A stretch of DNA of 64,000 bases. Source: Octopus vulgaris. Its lineage: Eukaryota. Positions 13,705-28,286 of this stretch are shown in pieces (position 1 is the first letter of the stretch; every line of letters starts with the position of its first letter). The notes beneath the pieces were generated by a model. That model was not told where the DNA came from, did no database searches, and saw only the letters and a program-made list of their open reading frames with translations. A program made the position numbers and the translations under genes. The stretch lies in assembly GCA_951406725.2 (NCBI GenBank), contig OX597816.1:155868001-155932000 (forward strand). The letters run 5' to 3'.

Positions 13705-15118
13705 CTGCAATGGATTATAAATTAAAAAAAAGTTATATATATATATATATATGGCAGTAAGATATCCGGTGTTGTTCTAGAAATAAACAGTTTGATTATT
13801 TAAAAAAAAGATGAATCGTCATGGTAATTCTGCATAAACATCTTATTTGAAACCCTACGCTTATATTCCTTGTAACAAATATACATAGTTGAAAAGATAC
13901 TTACCTACTGCAAAACACAGAGAAACAATTCTTAGCGAAAGGCGCCGTGAAAAACTAAAACCACCATTATAATTCGTTTTTGGATTTGGTTTGCAAGATT
14001 CTTTATATGAGTTCGTGTGTTGAAGCATATTCTGTTGTGTCTGGGAAGAGTCATTTTCTTTTTGTGCCTTATAATGTAACACACTGACCAGTAAAATTTC
14101 CACTTATTTCTACTCATTTCTTATTTTTTATTTTTTTATTTTATAAGTTTTCTTTTTTTTTTACCTTGAGCATTGACATGAAAAGTTTTCTCACTTTCAA
14201 CCCTTAAGCAACCAATGAATTGCTTCTCATGAGGAGAGCAGGTCCTTTCCAAATACTCCTCGGCTACTTTCAACATTCGGCCTTGCGTTACATTGACGTC
14301 CATTGCGAAACCTTAGCATATGGCGATATGGAGTATTTTGAAGTGAAATGGTAAATCAGCAGGAATTCTAAGGATTATCACAATGAATATGTTTTCTCCT
14401 TTACCACACTCAGCAGATATTGTAACCTTCAAAATTCTTATTACATAGTCGTGGTGGATTTAAGTTACAAAGAAGTTTGATGGGTGTGCTTATCTCAAGG
14501 CAATATAGTGGAATTCTTGAAGGTTCTTTTAAATTTAGACACTTCTTGACGTCGATTAGGAATTGTATGGAGCGACTAATAGTCGTAATTCTTACAAAGT
14601 AAACACTACAAAAATATATTTCTGATAGTTTTCAGAAACAATCAGGAAGATCATTTCTTTCAGTTCACTAAAGGATGATTTTGCTGTTGTCATGTCAACT
14701 CTTTCTTGCGCTTCTGGTTTGCATTTATCATTGACTACTTGTAGAAATTTGTAAATTTCCATGTAGATAAGTCTCATATTAGCAGATAAAAGTAATTTTG
14801 TTACCTTTTTTTCAAGGATACTAAGACTTTAAACAAAATTTAAGTTCATCTGTTGGACCAACATGTAGCGATTGTCTGAACTCATTTACTTCTATTATAT
14901 TTCCTGTTTCCAGAAAAACGCCACAATTTTTCTTTCATATTTAAACGCAATTGAACGTGTTGTCATTTGAAGTAGACGTAGTTGAAACCATGTGAAAGAA
15001 GAGCGACAAAGCTTTAACGGTTTCTGAAATACTGATTTCAAATCCTGGCACAAGGCTAGCAATTTTGGATGAGGGAGTAAGTCGATAACATCTACCCCTA
15101 CAGCTCAACTAGTGCTTA

Positions 15119-16440
15119 CGAGGCAGTATCAAAAGTTCTCGGACTAGTTCTGTTGCGCGCCAACAGATGGAAGCACACGGTTGCGTGTGTAATGAAAGCT
15201 AGCTGTAACCACCATAAGGCAGTGTACCGAGTGACAGCGCTGTGTTTACTTCACAAGTTGTACAATTTGTGTTTTTGTAATCACGTGTATGCTGTAGTCT
15301 GTGATTGTTTTCATGGACAATAAATTAGAACAAAGAGCCAACGTGAAATTTTACGCTAAACTTGGGAAGTCTGCTACGGAAACATTGAGCATGTTTCGGC
15401 AAGCTTACGGCAACGAGGCAATTGGTCGCATGCAATGTTTCGAGTGACACGGGTGCTTCAAAGCTGAAGAACGTCCCTGGAAGACGATGAGCGATCTGGA
15501 AGACCTGCCACGAGCGTCATCCCTGGAATTTTGGAGAAAATTCATCAGCCTGTGCATGAGAATCGCCGGAAGACAATCAAAGACATCGTTGATGTAGTTG
15601 GTCTGTCGTATGAGTTTTTGCAGGCAATCCTAATGTCTGAATTGAACATGCGGCGTGTCTTCCCAAGTTTGTCCCTCGACTGCTGACTACTGAGCTGAAA
15701 GAAAATCGCGTCGAAGGCTGGAAAGATCTCAGTCAGCGTGTCACTGATGACCCATCTTTTACATGGAAGGTCATCATCGATGACAAGAGATGGGTCTATG
15801 GGTACGAGCCTGAGACGAAGAAGTTGTCATCACAATGGAAGAGGCCTTCATCTTCACGACTGAAGAAGACATGGCAGAGCGGCAGCTCAATGAAGAGCAT
15901 GCTCATCGTTGTTTTCGACATCCGCGGTATTATACATCGAGAATTCGTCCCCCAAGACCAGAACCTCATTCGAGCGTTCTACTGCGATGTTTTGAAGCGT
16001 TTGAGAGAGGATATTCAGTGAAAGTAACCAGATCCGTGGAGCATGAAGAAATGGATTCTTTACACCGACAATGCACCCTGTCACCGAGCTCTCCTCACTC
16101 GTGAGTAGTTTCTTGCCAAAAACAACATAGCATAACTTCCGCACCCACCCTATTCGCCACATTTAGCACCCGTGGACTTCCATCTCTTTCCCAAAATGAA
16201 AAGGCAGCTCAGGGGTCGCCGGTTTAACAACGTCGTCGAAGTCTAGAGCGAATCACAGAAGGCCCTCGACTCGCTAACGCAAAAGAACTTCTAGGTCGGG
16301 TTCCAAAAGTAGCAGGAATACTGGGACCGGTGTTTTCTGCGCCAAGTGATTTTTTTCGAAGGAAACGATGTCAAAACTTAAATAATAAGTTAGTTTTTGA
16401 TTAAATATAAATAGGCCGGGAAGATTTTGATACCACCTCG
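15119..16440 (+). mobile_element. Full-length mariner (Tc1/mariner) DNA transposon, 1322 bp, inactive
   Basis: TA duplication at 15117-18 and 16441-42; imperfect TIRs cgaggcagtatcaaaagttctcgg / ccgggaagattttgataccacctcg; interrupts a family B SINE (15032-15118 + 16441-16573). Confidence 0.95.
15313..16382 (+). pseudogene. Mariner transposase pseudogene
   Basis: MDNKLEQRANVKF...KLGKSATET...CFE* (TGA for Trp), FVPRLLT, IIDDKRWVYGYEPETK, HTDNAPCH, HPPYSPHLAPVDFHLF; several stops and frameshifts. Confidence 0.92.
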
Positions 16441-17913
16441 TATTTTATCGATCCCGAAAGGATGAAAGGTAAAGTCGACTTCGGTGGAATTTGAACTCAG
16501 AACGTAAAGACGGACAAAATACCGCTAAGTATTTTATCTGGCGTGATAACGATTCGACGAGCTTGTCGCCTTAATGATTTCTGAAATATTCTTAATATTT
16601 ATTTACGAATATCACAGATTTAAATGAAATACACTGAAGCTGTACAGATAGATAAAATTGTTGAAGCAACAGTTAGATGAAGACTAATAATATATACATG
16701 ATTTTCTGGGTATTGTAGTTTGTTTTCGAATAACACACCACATACGAATAAATTCACACACACACACAGACACGCCCGCACACGCACGCGCGCGCACACA
16801 CACACTAACACACACACTAACACTAACATACAGACACACTCATAGACACACACTCACGCACAATTTTATGTTGATAAAAAATACAATATTTATGTGAAGC
16901 ATTTCTCTATGAATCAGACACGCCGTCGTTTATCAGCCAGTAAATAACAAAAATTAGCCACTTTTTCCGAAAGTGTTTTCTTTTTAATAAGAACTTTCTT
17001 GACCTACAGTTGCCTCAGCCATAGGCTTGTTTGCTATCAAATCTGTGTGGTAAATAAATTTACTACACAGCTTGCCTGATACAAATATTCTTGATTTTGC
17101 TAATTGTTACGCCAAAACTGATTTATAAGACTAGGTTATGACTTAATACAAAACTCTCATTTACCGTTTCTGCATTTCGAATAATAATCAGAAAACACTT
17201 GAAGCATGCCAGGTAAGTTTCCCCCAGATATTAAACATTTAAACATGATTGTACTGCATTACTAAATGGACCAAGAGAAGCTCACTTAATTTTGACTGCA
17301 GAGAAACGCAATGAGAGAAGATGGAAATTTTCAGCTTAGCTAAGAATTAGCCGTAAGATGGCGCTTGACCGTGTCAAAAAGTGAATATTTTGTGTTTACA
17401 TTCCTGGCCTTCTCAGAAAACAGCGAGGAAATTGCAGATTGAAATGGAAAAACAATGTTGGTATGAAAGATTTCATAGTCTGGGCTCGGCTGTACTATAT
17501 TATCCCATTGTATGTTGACAGATCGGTTTGGTCCACGGCTTCTTATCCAGTGTTATCGAAGAAAAACTTCTGTTTGATTTGCGATCTGCTACCCAAGAGA
17601 CGAGCAGCTCATTTGATCCAATTTGAAACTATGCAAGAAATATATACAACTGAACTTCTCACAATAAATAAAATCATTAATTTAGATTTTGTTGAGATAT
17701 TGTGAAATAAGTCTATTTCACTGACACACACTCAATAATACACTATACATATTTCTAGCATAACTCTGTATCAAAAACTAAAAATGTACGTGGCTACGTG
17801 GCTATGTGGGCGCCTGAATTACTAAAGGCAATTTAAATGAGTACACACAAACACACACATGCACATAATATGCATACATTTATATACGTATGTCTATATA
17901 TACATATGTATAT

Positions 17914-17988
<75 letters not shown>

Positions 17989-19779
17989 TAAATATATATA
18001 TATATACACAAATACACAATACACACACACACACATACATATATTCATATATTGCAATTATGTGTGCAAAAACGTATGTGCGTGTGTTTTTAAGAGCAAC
18101 ACTGCAGGAAGCTAACGAAACACTCATTATTTTTCCTCTCTGTAGAATTTGAAATTGTTCCTATTCTGTGGTACCAATTTACAGTTAGGTGATCTAAAGC
18201 ATTTAAAATATAATACGTCCATAATAACTTCAACGCTACACGAAAAATAGCATATGAACAGTCGATCGTTTTGACTGGAAATCCGCCAGTCATGTTACTC
18301 AGTAGAACGATACTGATTCTGTGTTTAAAATACAGCTCCTTTTTCTAGTTGACGAACATGCAAAGTCACCTGAACATAGAAAATATCTTGTCTCACCTCT
18401 CTACGTACTGAGTTGCCTGCCCACCATCGGATTGATGGGATAATAAGTACGTCTGATTAGAGTTTTTGAGTGCCTATTCTTTGTGTACTGAGTTCTTGAG
18501 GGAAGACAATCCCTCGCTTGGTTTAACATCCCTAATTTATGTTTTGGGTGTCTTTCCTGAATCAATTTGTTTGAAGGTAATTTCTTCTCTTCCTCCAAAT
18601 CAGTTTTGAAAATATAAAGGATCAGAAAAGGTAGTCTTCCTGCCCAGACTAAAACGTAAAAAAAATTGCCAAATTTGTTTCAGAAATTTTGTAAAGGAAT
18701 GCGTGTATTCGTTGGTTATAAACTTTACAGGGAAGATATGAAGATAGAAACCTATCAGCGTCAAAAATTTCGGACAGATTTCTTTTCGTAATCAGCTATA
18801 TGATGATGTTTATGAAATAAGTAACACGTCAATTGTATATGAACCTATAAGACACTAATTGCAGCCAAATCGCCCTCAAATTAAAAACCCCTTCTTAAAA
18901 GTATAAACACATACCAGATAATGTAGTGCTAATTCACATATGTGTGAAAAAAGAGAAGGTCACAACCAGAAAGTCATTGTTCTTAGGGAGTCTCGAACAA
19001 GCTTGATAAACAACACTTAAAGACGTAAGAAATTAAATAAATTAAAGTATGCAAGAGTAAAGCAATTAGCCAATTACTCTATTAACGTATCTATTTAATA
19101 AAAATAATGACATCTCAGGCGATTAAGAACTTATCAGAAGCAGACATTCCGAATCCAAACTGTCTGTTTGCCTTCGGTTGTAAGAATTAAGAAACCTGAA
19201 AATAAATAGGATTAGCGCTTGCAAATTTAATTGAGAGAGAATCAGGCAACAACACGTCAGCGAGTGAAGTGAACAACTGTTGAACAGAGGATTATGACTA
19301 AACAGTGTCGATTGGAAATTTTCGATAGCTCAGAATTAATTATCTCTGAAAATCATCGAACCACAATCAATCGCTAAAAGCATGCACTCACATTTCTACT
19401 GTTGACTTTTGCAAGTATTTCGTCTAATATTTCCAAGCAGCAATGATTTGTATAAGTAACACTAAGCGATATGTTGACACATACAGTGGCTCACTAGCAA
19501 ACAAAAGCACACAAATATAGTGTATGAGCGTGCGTGTAAACATATATGCATGCATGCATGCATACATACATACATACATACATACATATGTATGTATGTA
19601 TGTATGCATGTTTCACTGGTACTTAATTTATCGACCCTGAAAGGATGAAAAGCAAAGTCGACCTCAGCGGAATTTGAACTTAGAACGTAGCGACGGGCGC
19701 AATACCACCAAGCATTCCGTCCAGCGTGTTAATGAGTCTGCCAGCACGCCGCTTTATCTTTATATGGTAATGATAATGA

Positions 19780-20640
19780 AATTATTGTACATAGTGCTCA
19801 GATGCACTATAACTCATCAAAGGTGTTTGTACAGTGCATAGAATTCTGTACAAGAGTCAGGAAAGTGAACAATGTATGAGTCATGATATATATGTGTGCA
19901 TGCGTATGGAGTGGGGGAATATGAAGTGTAGTATTGGCGAATTTCAATGAAGCATGGAGCTTTTAAAGGATGCAATGTCTCGGCAGCTAATAAATGATGC
20001 AGGTAGTTTATTCCATGCTTCAGCAATTTTGAGTGTGAAAAAATGTTTCCGAAACTCATGGGAGCTGTGCTGTTCTTTGGCTTTGTAGGCATACCCACGT
20101 GTGTTAGACACACAGAATTAAAAAAGGTGCTTGAGGTTGTTGTTTGCACAATGGTTAGTAATTTTGTGGGTGTTTACCAAGTCAGTTGCCAAAAGTCGGA
20201 GACTAAATGTATCCATACCCAGGGAAGCAAGACGTTCAGAATGTGGTAGATGCCTGATGGATGGGATTCGCTTGGCAGCACGTCTCTGAACAGTTTCCAG
20301 GAGGTCGATATCCTGAGTAAGATTGGGGTTCCAAACTGGTGACGTAAATTCCAAGTGTGGCCGCACCATAACCATATACAAACTTAAATAGATAGCTGTA
20401 GAGCTGCTGACAAAGGTCTTACTGAGTGATGCCTAGACACCCTGGGCCATCTGACAATTTTAGAGATGTGCTTTGTCCAGTGCAAATCGCTGCTGACAGT
20501 AATGCCCAGGACACATTCACAGAAAGATTTCTTGATATTAGTGTTGTGGAGAGAGTATGGGAACGCTGGTTTTTTTCTCAAAAATGGTACACCTGTCCAC
20601 AGCCAGCTTGTAGATTATGTTTTGATGGCAGTGAGCAAAT
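19780..20640 (-). mobile_element. CR1-type LINE 3' fragment
   Basis: ORF 20118..20381 VRPHLEFTSPVWNP...DIDLLETVQRRAAKRIPSIRHLPHSERL and ORF 20384..20581 LGITVSSDLHWTKHI match the CR1 RT C-terminus. Confidence 0.88.
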
Positions 20641-20982
20641 CCAAACTTCGAAGTCGCAGATAACTCTTTTACTTGTAGAAATATATATCTGCTCTACTAA
20701 AAAGTAGTAATTCTTCAGTTAAACATTAAATTGTTTGTGTATTTAACGTTATAAAAAGACGAACATTTATATATATATATACATATAGGCGCAGGCGTGG
20801 CTGTGCGGTAATAAACTTCCTTCCCAACCATATGGCTCCAGGTTCAGTTCTCGTGCTTGGCTGCTCAGAGTGACTATAGCCTTGTATGTAGATTTGATAG
20901 ATGGAAACTGAAACTGAAAGCTCGTTGTGCATATATATAACAAAGTGGAGCTGTAAGGTACCGCACGAGTGGAAATATATAC

Positions 20983-21192
20983 GAAAGAAGGTTTGAAAAT
21001 GCAATTTTAAAAGATGTTTATTTACTTTACCGGTTTCACTCTTTATAAAAAGATTGTCAAAAGTAACATGTGGAAGTTTGGTTGTGTTAATTATTGGTTG
21101 TCACAAAATAAGTTACTTTTGACAATCTTTTTCTAAAGAGTGAAACCGGTAAAGTAAATAAATATCTTTTAAAATTGCATTTTCAAACCTTC

Positions 21193-21196
<4 letters not shown>
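20983..21196. repeat. Near-perfect inverted repeat, 85-bp arms, 44-bp spacer
   Basis: 20983-21067 is the reverse complement of 21112-21196 with only a few mismatches; each arm carries a hammerhead-like motif. Confidence 0.95.
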
Positions 21197-21270
<74 letters not shown>

Positions 21271-21272
<2 letters not shown>

Positions 21273-21459
21273 ACCGTTGGCGATTTTTTTCCTCCGTCTT
21301 CCCTTCTCGGGATCTTTCCTTTTCCTATGTTTCTGACGAAGAGCTCCGCTCGAAACGTAAAACCCTCCTTCTTCCCTTCCTTCCTGAGCGTCCAATAATA
21401 CTATATTTGTTCCACGTCCTCGCGTTGTGTTTTCTCTTGGTGTTTTCATGTTTGGATTA

Positions 21460-21462
<3 letters not shown>
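21271..21462 (+). mobile_element. ~200-bp (TA)n-embedded repeat (family D) with a central minimal hammerhead
   Basis: Near-identical to 37867-38075(-) and 41092-41297(+), diverged copy 57600-57760(-). Confidence 0.85.
21329..21363 (+). ncRNA. Minimal hammerhead ribozyme motif
   Basis: GUUU CUGACGA A GAGC UCC GCUC GAAA C GUA/ AAAC: stem I 4 bp, stem II 4 bp, intact core boxes. Confidence 0.75.
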
Positions 21463-21502
<40 letters not shown>

Positions 21503-22079
21503 TCCTCATATGTGTGTGAATGAATGTATATGTGTATATATATTATATGCATGTATATTTCTTATATAAAATATAGTATATAGCAAATAATATTTGTTCA
21601 ATATACAAGTAAGATATAACATATACTCTGATACGTTGTTTTCATTTATGGTATTTCATGATTTTCCCCCATCCATTTTGTTTCATTTTGAAATTTTGGA
21701 TATTGCTAAAATATAGTGAAATGCGGCGTAATAAGGAAGAAGAGTCATAAAGAGTAATGGAACGCTAAGTCATGCAGTGATACACAAAAGTAATCAGTTA
21801 ATGGGATACATCGGCGTCCGGTTAAAAGGAAGAAATCCATTTTTTGGATTGAGTCCAGCGACATGCTGCAACACCGGCGTCTGATACTTCATAAGTAGAA
21901 GGAAAAATAATTGCCCATACTTTTTTAATAACAGAATATGCTTCTAACAAAGTAATTCTATGCTCAGCTGACGTGTTGTCGTCGTCTTCTTCTTCTTCTT
22001 CTTCTTCTTCTTCTTCTTCTTCTTCTTCTTCTTCTTCTTCTTCTTCTTCTTCTTCTTCTTCTTTTTCTTCTTCTTCTTC

Positions 22080-22147
<68 letters not shown>

Positions 22148-23287
22148 TCGACTATCTCGCAGTCACCTCATGTTATTTTATCAAGAAACCATCCACAATA
22201 GATGTCTCAAAGCTTAGAGCCCATCGAACATCTTTTATAGCTGCATTTGAGCTCCTTAACTGTATCTATTCAAGGCAGCAAGCTGACAGGATCTCGTAGG
22301 AAAAGATTGCTTAGCGGCATTTCTTCTGACTTAACGTTCTGAGTTCAAATTCCGCCGGGATCATCTTTGCGTTCACCCTTTCGGCGTCGATAAAATAAGT
22401 ACCAGTTGACCACTTTAGTCGAGATAATCAACATACGTCCACTTCCCGCGAAATTGTTGGACTTGTGTCAAGATTTGAAACTAATGTGATTTGTCCAGTT
22501 CAATCAACCAAGTGGCAAACGATTCTCTTGTCACCCATTTCATTTCTGTTGGCATCATATTTACTTCAAAGATAATTTACGTTGTTGAAGCTTCTTGAAT
22601 CTTTTATCGTCCAATAACAAGGAATATAATTTCTCAGCTTCTAACATCACAGTTAAGAGTTGTTTTGACTTCTTTCCTCTTTTGCAGGAGTGTCCTCTGG
22701 TTGTTAGAATACTTTGCGGTAACAACTGATGAAAAGAACATTTGTTTCCTCAATATTAAATATAAATTTCTCACGAAGAAATAATCTTCATTTTATTTTT
22801 ATTTTGTACCGAATCCCTTGCTTGTATTGAAACACATATTTTATTATCGTGTCTGTTGTGTATGTGTGTTTGTGTAACTTTAACATCAAAATATATCTTT
22901 GGGTTTCGGAAATCAGCGTGTGATAGAAAGTGATAGCAATGCAGACAGATTATTAAGAATAAAAAAAAATAACGACAATATTGGCTTCAATTTTGGCCCA
23001 AGACCAGCAACTACGACGGAGGGGGTAAATTGATTACATCGACCCCCAGTGATCAACTGGTACTTATTTTATCGACCCTGACAAGACGAAAGGTAAAGTT
23101 GACCTCGACCAATTTTGAACTCACAACTTGAAAGCGGACGAAATACCGTTTAGCATTTCTACCGCTGTGTCAACGATTCTATCAGCTCGCCATCTTACAC
23201 GATATTGAAATATTACTTCAAAAGTGCTTTGTTTAATTATTCGTGATATTACTGTTTAAGAATTTTACTATGGCTTCAAGAAACGAT

Positions 23288-23318
<31 letters not shown>

Positions 23319-24894
23319 GAGAGAGAGAGAGAGAGAGAAATTTTATCCCCATCTGTTTGCGTAGTGGCATTCGAATTGCCACATGTCCCTTTTCGTTTTT
23401 TCTCGTTCCTCCCTAATTCTTCTGTCCCTCTGCCTCTACCTCTCTCCCCTCCTTCCACGTGACTAGAGTTCGGCCTAGCCTGACCTTTCTTTCTTGGTTC
23501 GACTACCATCCGTGCAACATCTATATTCCTTCCCATGCCTGTCATCTCTTATGTCCCTGCCATAAGGCTTCACTTCCACACATGCCAGCTTAATTAAATT
23601 CGTCCTTAGTTGAAAGACACCTGTTGTTAACATTTGTATTTGTGTACCATTTCTCCGTTTTATCTATCCAGTGTCTGTCGCCACATCACTGCATGACAAC
23701 CGATGTTAGTGTGCTTACGTCCCCGTAACTTATCGGTTCGGCAAAAGTGATCAATAGAATAAGTATTAAGCTTAGAAAGAATAAGTCCTAGGGATCGATG
23801 TGTTCGACTAAAGGCGGCGTTCCAGCATGGCCGCAGTCAAATGACTGAAACAAATAAAAGAATAAAAGAAAATACTCACACACACATATAGACATACATA
23901 TGCATATATACATACATGCATATGCATATATGTGTGTGTGTGTGTCTATACAGACAAATACACATAATATGCATAAAAAAATTACACGTACACACATATA
24001 TGGGTATATATTTATATATATGCATATATATATATATATGAATACACATATATACCCACACACATACGGGGAGAGTGTTGCCAACATTCAGATACACATA
24101 TACTTGTGTAGAAACACATAGGCGTAGATAAACACCAATATAAGTGCTTATGTATGTTCATATGTTGCTATAAATATAAACATATATTTGTGTATATGTC
24201 TCTGTATGTGTGCATGAGTACATTAACATATGCGTGTGTGTGTGAGTGCATGTGCTTGAATATGTGCGTGTTTGTTTGTGTGCTTATACATGGATTTATA
24301 AATATATGTGTGTATCTGTTATCTATATGAATGTGTATATTGTATGTGCCTGTGAATATATTTAAAGTGTTATGCCTATGTTTATGAGAAAAATAAGAAT
24401 TTGACTGTCTGAGTTTCTGCTCGTATGCCGTGTCGTATCGCATATTTGTCTTGCATCACCCATTACAGTCTGTCTAGCTATAAACATCTTTACAAAACAT
24501 TTCCTGCTCTTAATGAGATCTTTATGTACTAAGTTGATAATGATTTTTCTGTCTTGAAATATTAATGCAAAAATTGACAGCCTGGTGTCATGCTTCTAAG
24601 TGTGGACACTCGATATACTGAGCTGCTACATAAAAAAGGGACTCATGACAAACGTTTCATTTATTTTTAATGGGAACTCTGATGAAGTGCTGATTTAATA
24701 ATTACCTAAGTACAGAGAACGTATTTCAGCTGTATAATTATCACTGAAACATATGTAACGATGCTATGTGTAAATGTTTACTGAAGAAATACCCGAATCT
24801 TGTTTGACGCATGCAAAGCAAAGTCTTCACTGAGATATTCCTCTGTACTGAAGTGTTTCTGTTAGTCATATATGAAGATTACTTTTCAAGTACT

Positions 24895-25252
24895 ATGTCG
24901 GTTGCGACGACGTGGCTTCCAGTTGATCCGATCAACGGAACAGCCTGCTCATGAAATCTAACGTGCAAGTGGCTGAGCACTCCACAGACACGTGTACCCT
25001 TAATGCAGTTCTCAGTATCACACAGAGTGTGACAAGGCTGGCCCTTTGAAATACAGGTACAACAGAAACAGGAAGAAAGAGTGAGAGAAAGTTGTGGTGA
25101 AAGAGTACAGCAAGGTTTGCTACCACCCCCTGCCGGAGCCTCGTAGAGCTTTAGGTGTTTTCAGTCAATAAACACTCACAACACCAGAATAGAAACAGCG
25201 ATCCTACGATCGCGAGTCCGCTGTCCTAACCACTGGGCCATTGCGCCTCCAC
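24895..25252 (-). mobile_element. tRNA-derived SINE family C
   Basis: Minus-strand head gtggaggcgcaatggcccagtggttagg; colinear with 27934-28286 and 58741-59124. Confidence 0.85.
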
Positions 25253-27856
25253 AGGGATTTTATACCAATTACACATCCATAAGGCTAGTTTATCACTACA
25301 TGATTATCTTTTTAACTAAATACTTGATAGAAGTCCAATAATTTGTATTATCTCTCGGCCCTGTATTTAACTCAAGTTTCCGTAATATCGAGCATATATC
25401 AGATGCATGTTCCCACGGCAACAGATCCTTGTTAATTAAAGGGTCTTCAGCCTTTTTTCATGAAAAGCATTAGAAACCCTTACTTAATTTGCGGTTGAAA
25501 TTGCTATGTCTTTCTCTTCACGTCAACCGTACTGACGCTGTTTGGAACGATACAGTCTTCTCTACCGTGTGGTAGCTGTTAGCAATTAAGTAGACTGAGG
25601 CATTTCAGAATTGTATTTTTCTTTATTTGATTATGGATAAATTTCAGTGTTACACGAAATCTCATCTTGTTGTATGTTATTTTGTTTACTCATTTAGTTT
25701 TAACTCTTAGGTAATTGAATAATCAGTTCATTATAGCATGTTTAGCGTATTGCGCTCTTATTTTTATTGTCTTGATATCATGACAATAGATTAAAGATGT
25801 CACAGCAGAACCGCGCACTTTTACAGTAATGAAGCAACGTTATCTGTTACAAAAATATACTGTATTTAATTAGTGCATGTATGTCTGTGTGTGTGAACTT
25901 ATGTTTGTGTGTATCTGTGTGTTAACGCCTTCGACTAGCGTGTCTATATGTAAACACGAGTATTCATGTGTATAAGTATGCATGTATATGTATAATTATA
26001 TGTTTGTATACATGCATGTATGTCTTTAGATGTGTGTATATGTGTTGTATCGCTGTGTTTGAATGTGCATATTTGTACCGACATGACCATATTCCAATAT
26101 ACATATAGGATTGTATGTGACGTAATCCTCATTAGAAGACAGCTACAAGAGAAAAGCAAGAGCAACATCATAGCCTGTTAATTACATCTATGTATCGGTC
26201 AATGACTTTTACTATGGAACTTCTGGAGGATATTTCTGCATAGTTTAATGTTCACTCAATTTCGAATCTATAGTCCGCCAGCTTCATACAAATATGATAG
26301 GTCTAGTTATTATTATGGGACGGAAATCTTAATCGTTCACTGTAAAAATGAAACTCAAATAAAAAAAGTGAGCTGGTTCTCCTTCTCTTAAATAATTTCC
26401 TCATGCGTGTGAACATAATGTTACACAGGAAAAGGAAAGAGACGCGAAAGTCACCACTAGCTTTCAACTCGTCAGGAAACTTTTCAGTATCAGGTCACCA
26501 CCAAGTCCAGACGAAAATAGCATTGATATGCATTTTACTCTTATATATTCATGACTGTACTCTTGTAGATCAAATTCCACAAACTGTACTGGCTATCGTC
26601 TTTTATAAGCAGTTATAGTTTATGAAAGAGTAGTCAAGAAAATTAATGCCAAGTAAACTGGCTCATCTGTAAATTATGAACTTCACCACAACTCTTCCTC
26701 CGACTTAGCTCAACAGCGACATCTAGCGATACTCTAGGCAGCAACATTGCCTACGACTAAATAGTGAAGGAGAAGTTAGAGTGGCTCAAAAAGGTCTTTT
26801 TTTGGATGAATCAGAACGGAGAGATTCTCTGAACGACAAGCTGTCTCTATATCGAGATTCTAGACTACCAGGAAGTCTGAATTTCCATTCTCCTGTGTGC
26901 ATATGGGACATAGATCACTTCCAACTGATGCATTAAAATTATGGAGGGATTTAATGCTCAGTGTTTTCAGAAGATGAAGTTAAGATTACACAGAAATTCT
27001 CCGTCAAACCAACGTTAGAATGAATCGAATCCATACTAAACACACATCAACTGAGACAGCTTAGACATGTAGTGTGTTTGTGAGTCTTGCGTATTTTCCA
27101 TGGAATTGTCCACGGCCCGCTATACTATATTCAATGTCAGTTCAAAGGAAGAAAGAACAAACCAGTAGTCGCTTTGAGGAGAGTAATAACAAAGTTATAA
27201 AAATGGTACACAACATTATCCTTCGCTCACATTGATATCGATACTGTTGTAGAAGAAGCTGATGATATAAAGGAGAAGTACACGCGGTAATATCAGGACG
27301 ACAGAGAAATAAGATATGCACGTAGAATTATTACTGGCCTCCCTAACCAAATATTTATATGTTTGTTTTACGAACTAATTTCTATATTCTGAGTTGTGAT
27401 GTACGATCATCAAAGGAGCCACAATTGAGGGGGAAATTAGATGGACATTATTAGATTCGTTGGTCATCTATTAACAAATGATGACGCAAGTACAACTATA
27501 TGCATATAATTGTTTGCGAGTCTGTGTATGTGTATTTGTATGTGTAAGTATATGTATGTCTATCTGCGTTTTGGCATGGGAATGTTTATGCATACATGTC
27601 CATGTTTCAATATGTATATGAGTTGTTATATGAGTGTTCATGTGTGTGTGTGTGGGGTGTGTGTGTGAGTGTGTGTGTGCGCGCGAAGGAGCGTGCATAC
27701 ATTTGTGCTTGTGTGAATATTATCCATTCGAATGTATTCCCAATGGTAAAATAAATCATGTTCCAGACATCCAATTAATAGGCTGCTAATTAATAAGCAA
27801 TAATTGAGATGGGAAATTATTATTGAGGTTTGTATTGAGGTGTGTATGTGAACGTG

Positions 27857-27900
<44 letters not shown>

Positions 27901-27933
27901 ATTTGATATCAAGTTAGTGATTTTATCGTGGCA

Positions 27934-28286
27934 GTCGTCGGTTACGACGACGAGGGTTCCAGTTGATCCGATGAACGGAACATTCTGCTCGTGAAATTAA
28001 CGTGTAAATGGCTGAGTACTCCACAGACACGTGCACCCTTAACGTATTTCTCGGGGAGATTCAGCGTGACACAGAATGTATTTGAAATAAGGTACAACAG
28101 AAACAGGAAGAAAGAGTGAGAGAAAGTTGTAAAAAGAGTACACCAGGATTTGCTACTACCCCCTGCTGGAGTTTCGTGAAAACTTTAAGTGTTTTCGCTC
28201 AATAAGCACTCACAACGCAAGAATCGAAACCGCGATCCTACGATCGCGAGTCCGCTGCCTTAACCACTGGGCCATTGCGACTCCAC
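27934..28286 (-). mobile_element. tRNA-derived SINE family C
   Basis: Same sequence family as 24895-25252. Confidence 0.85.

Noticed and set aside
18300-18700. Possible old Penelope RT remnant (LEEEKKLP)
   Set aside because: Single short motif; too degraded to support.
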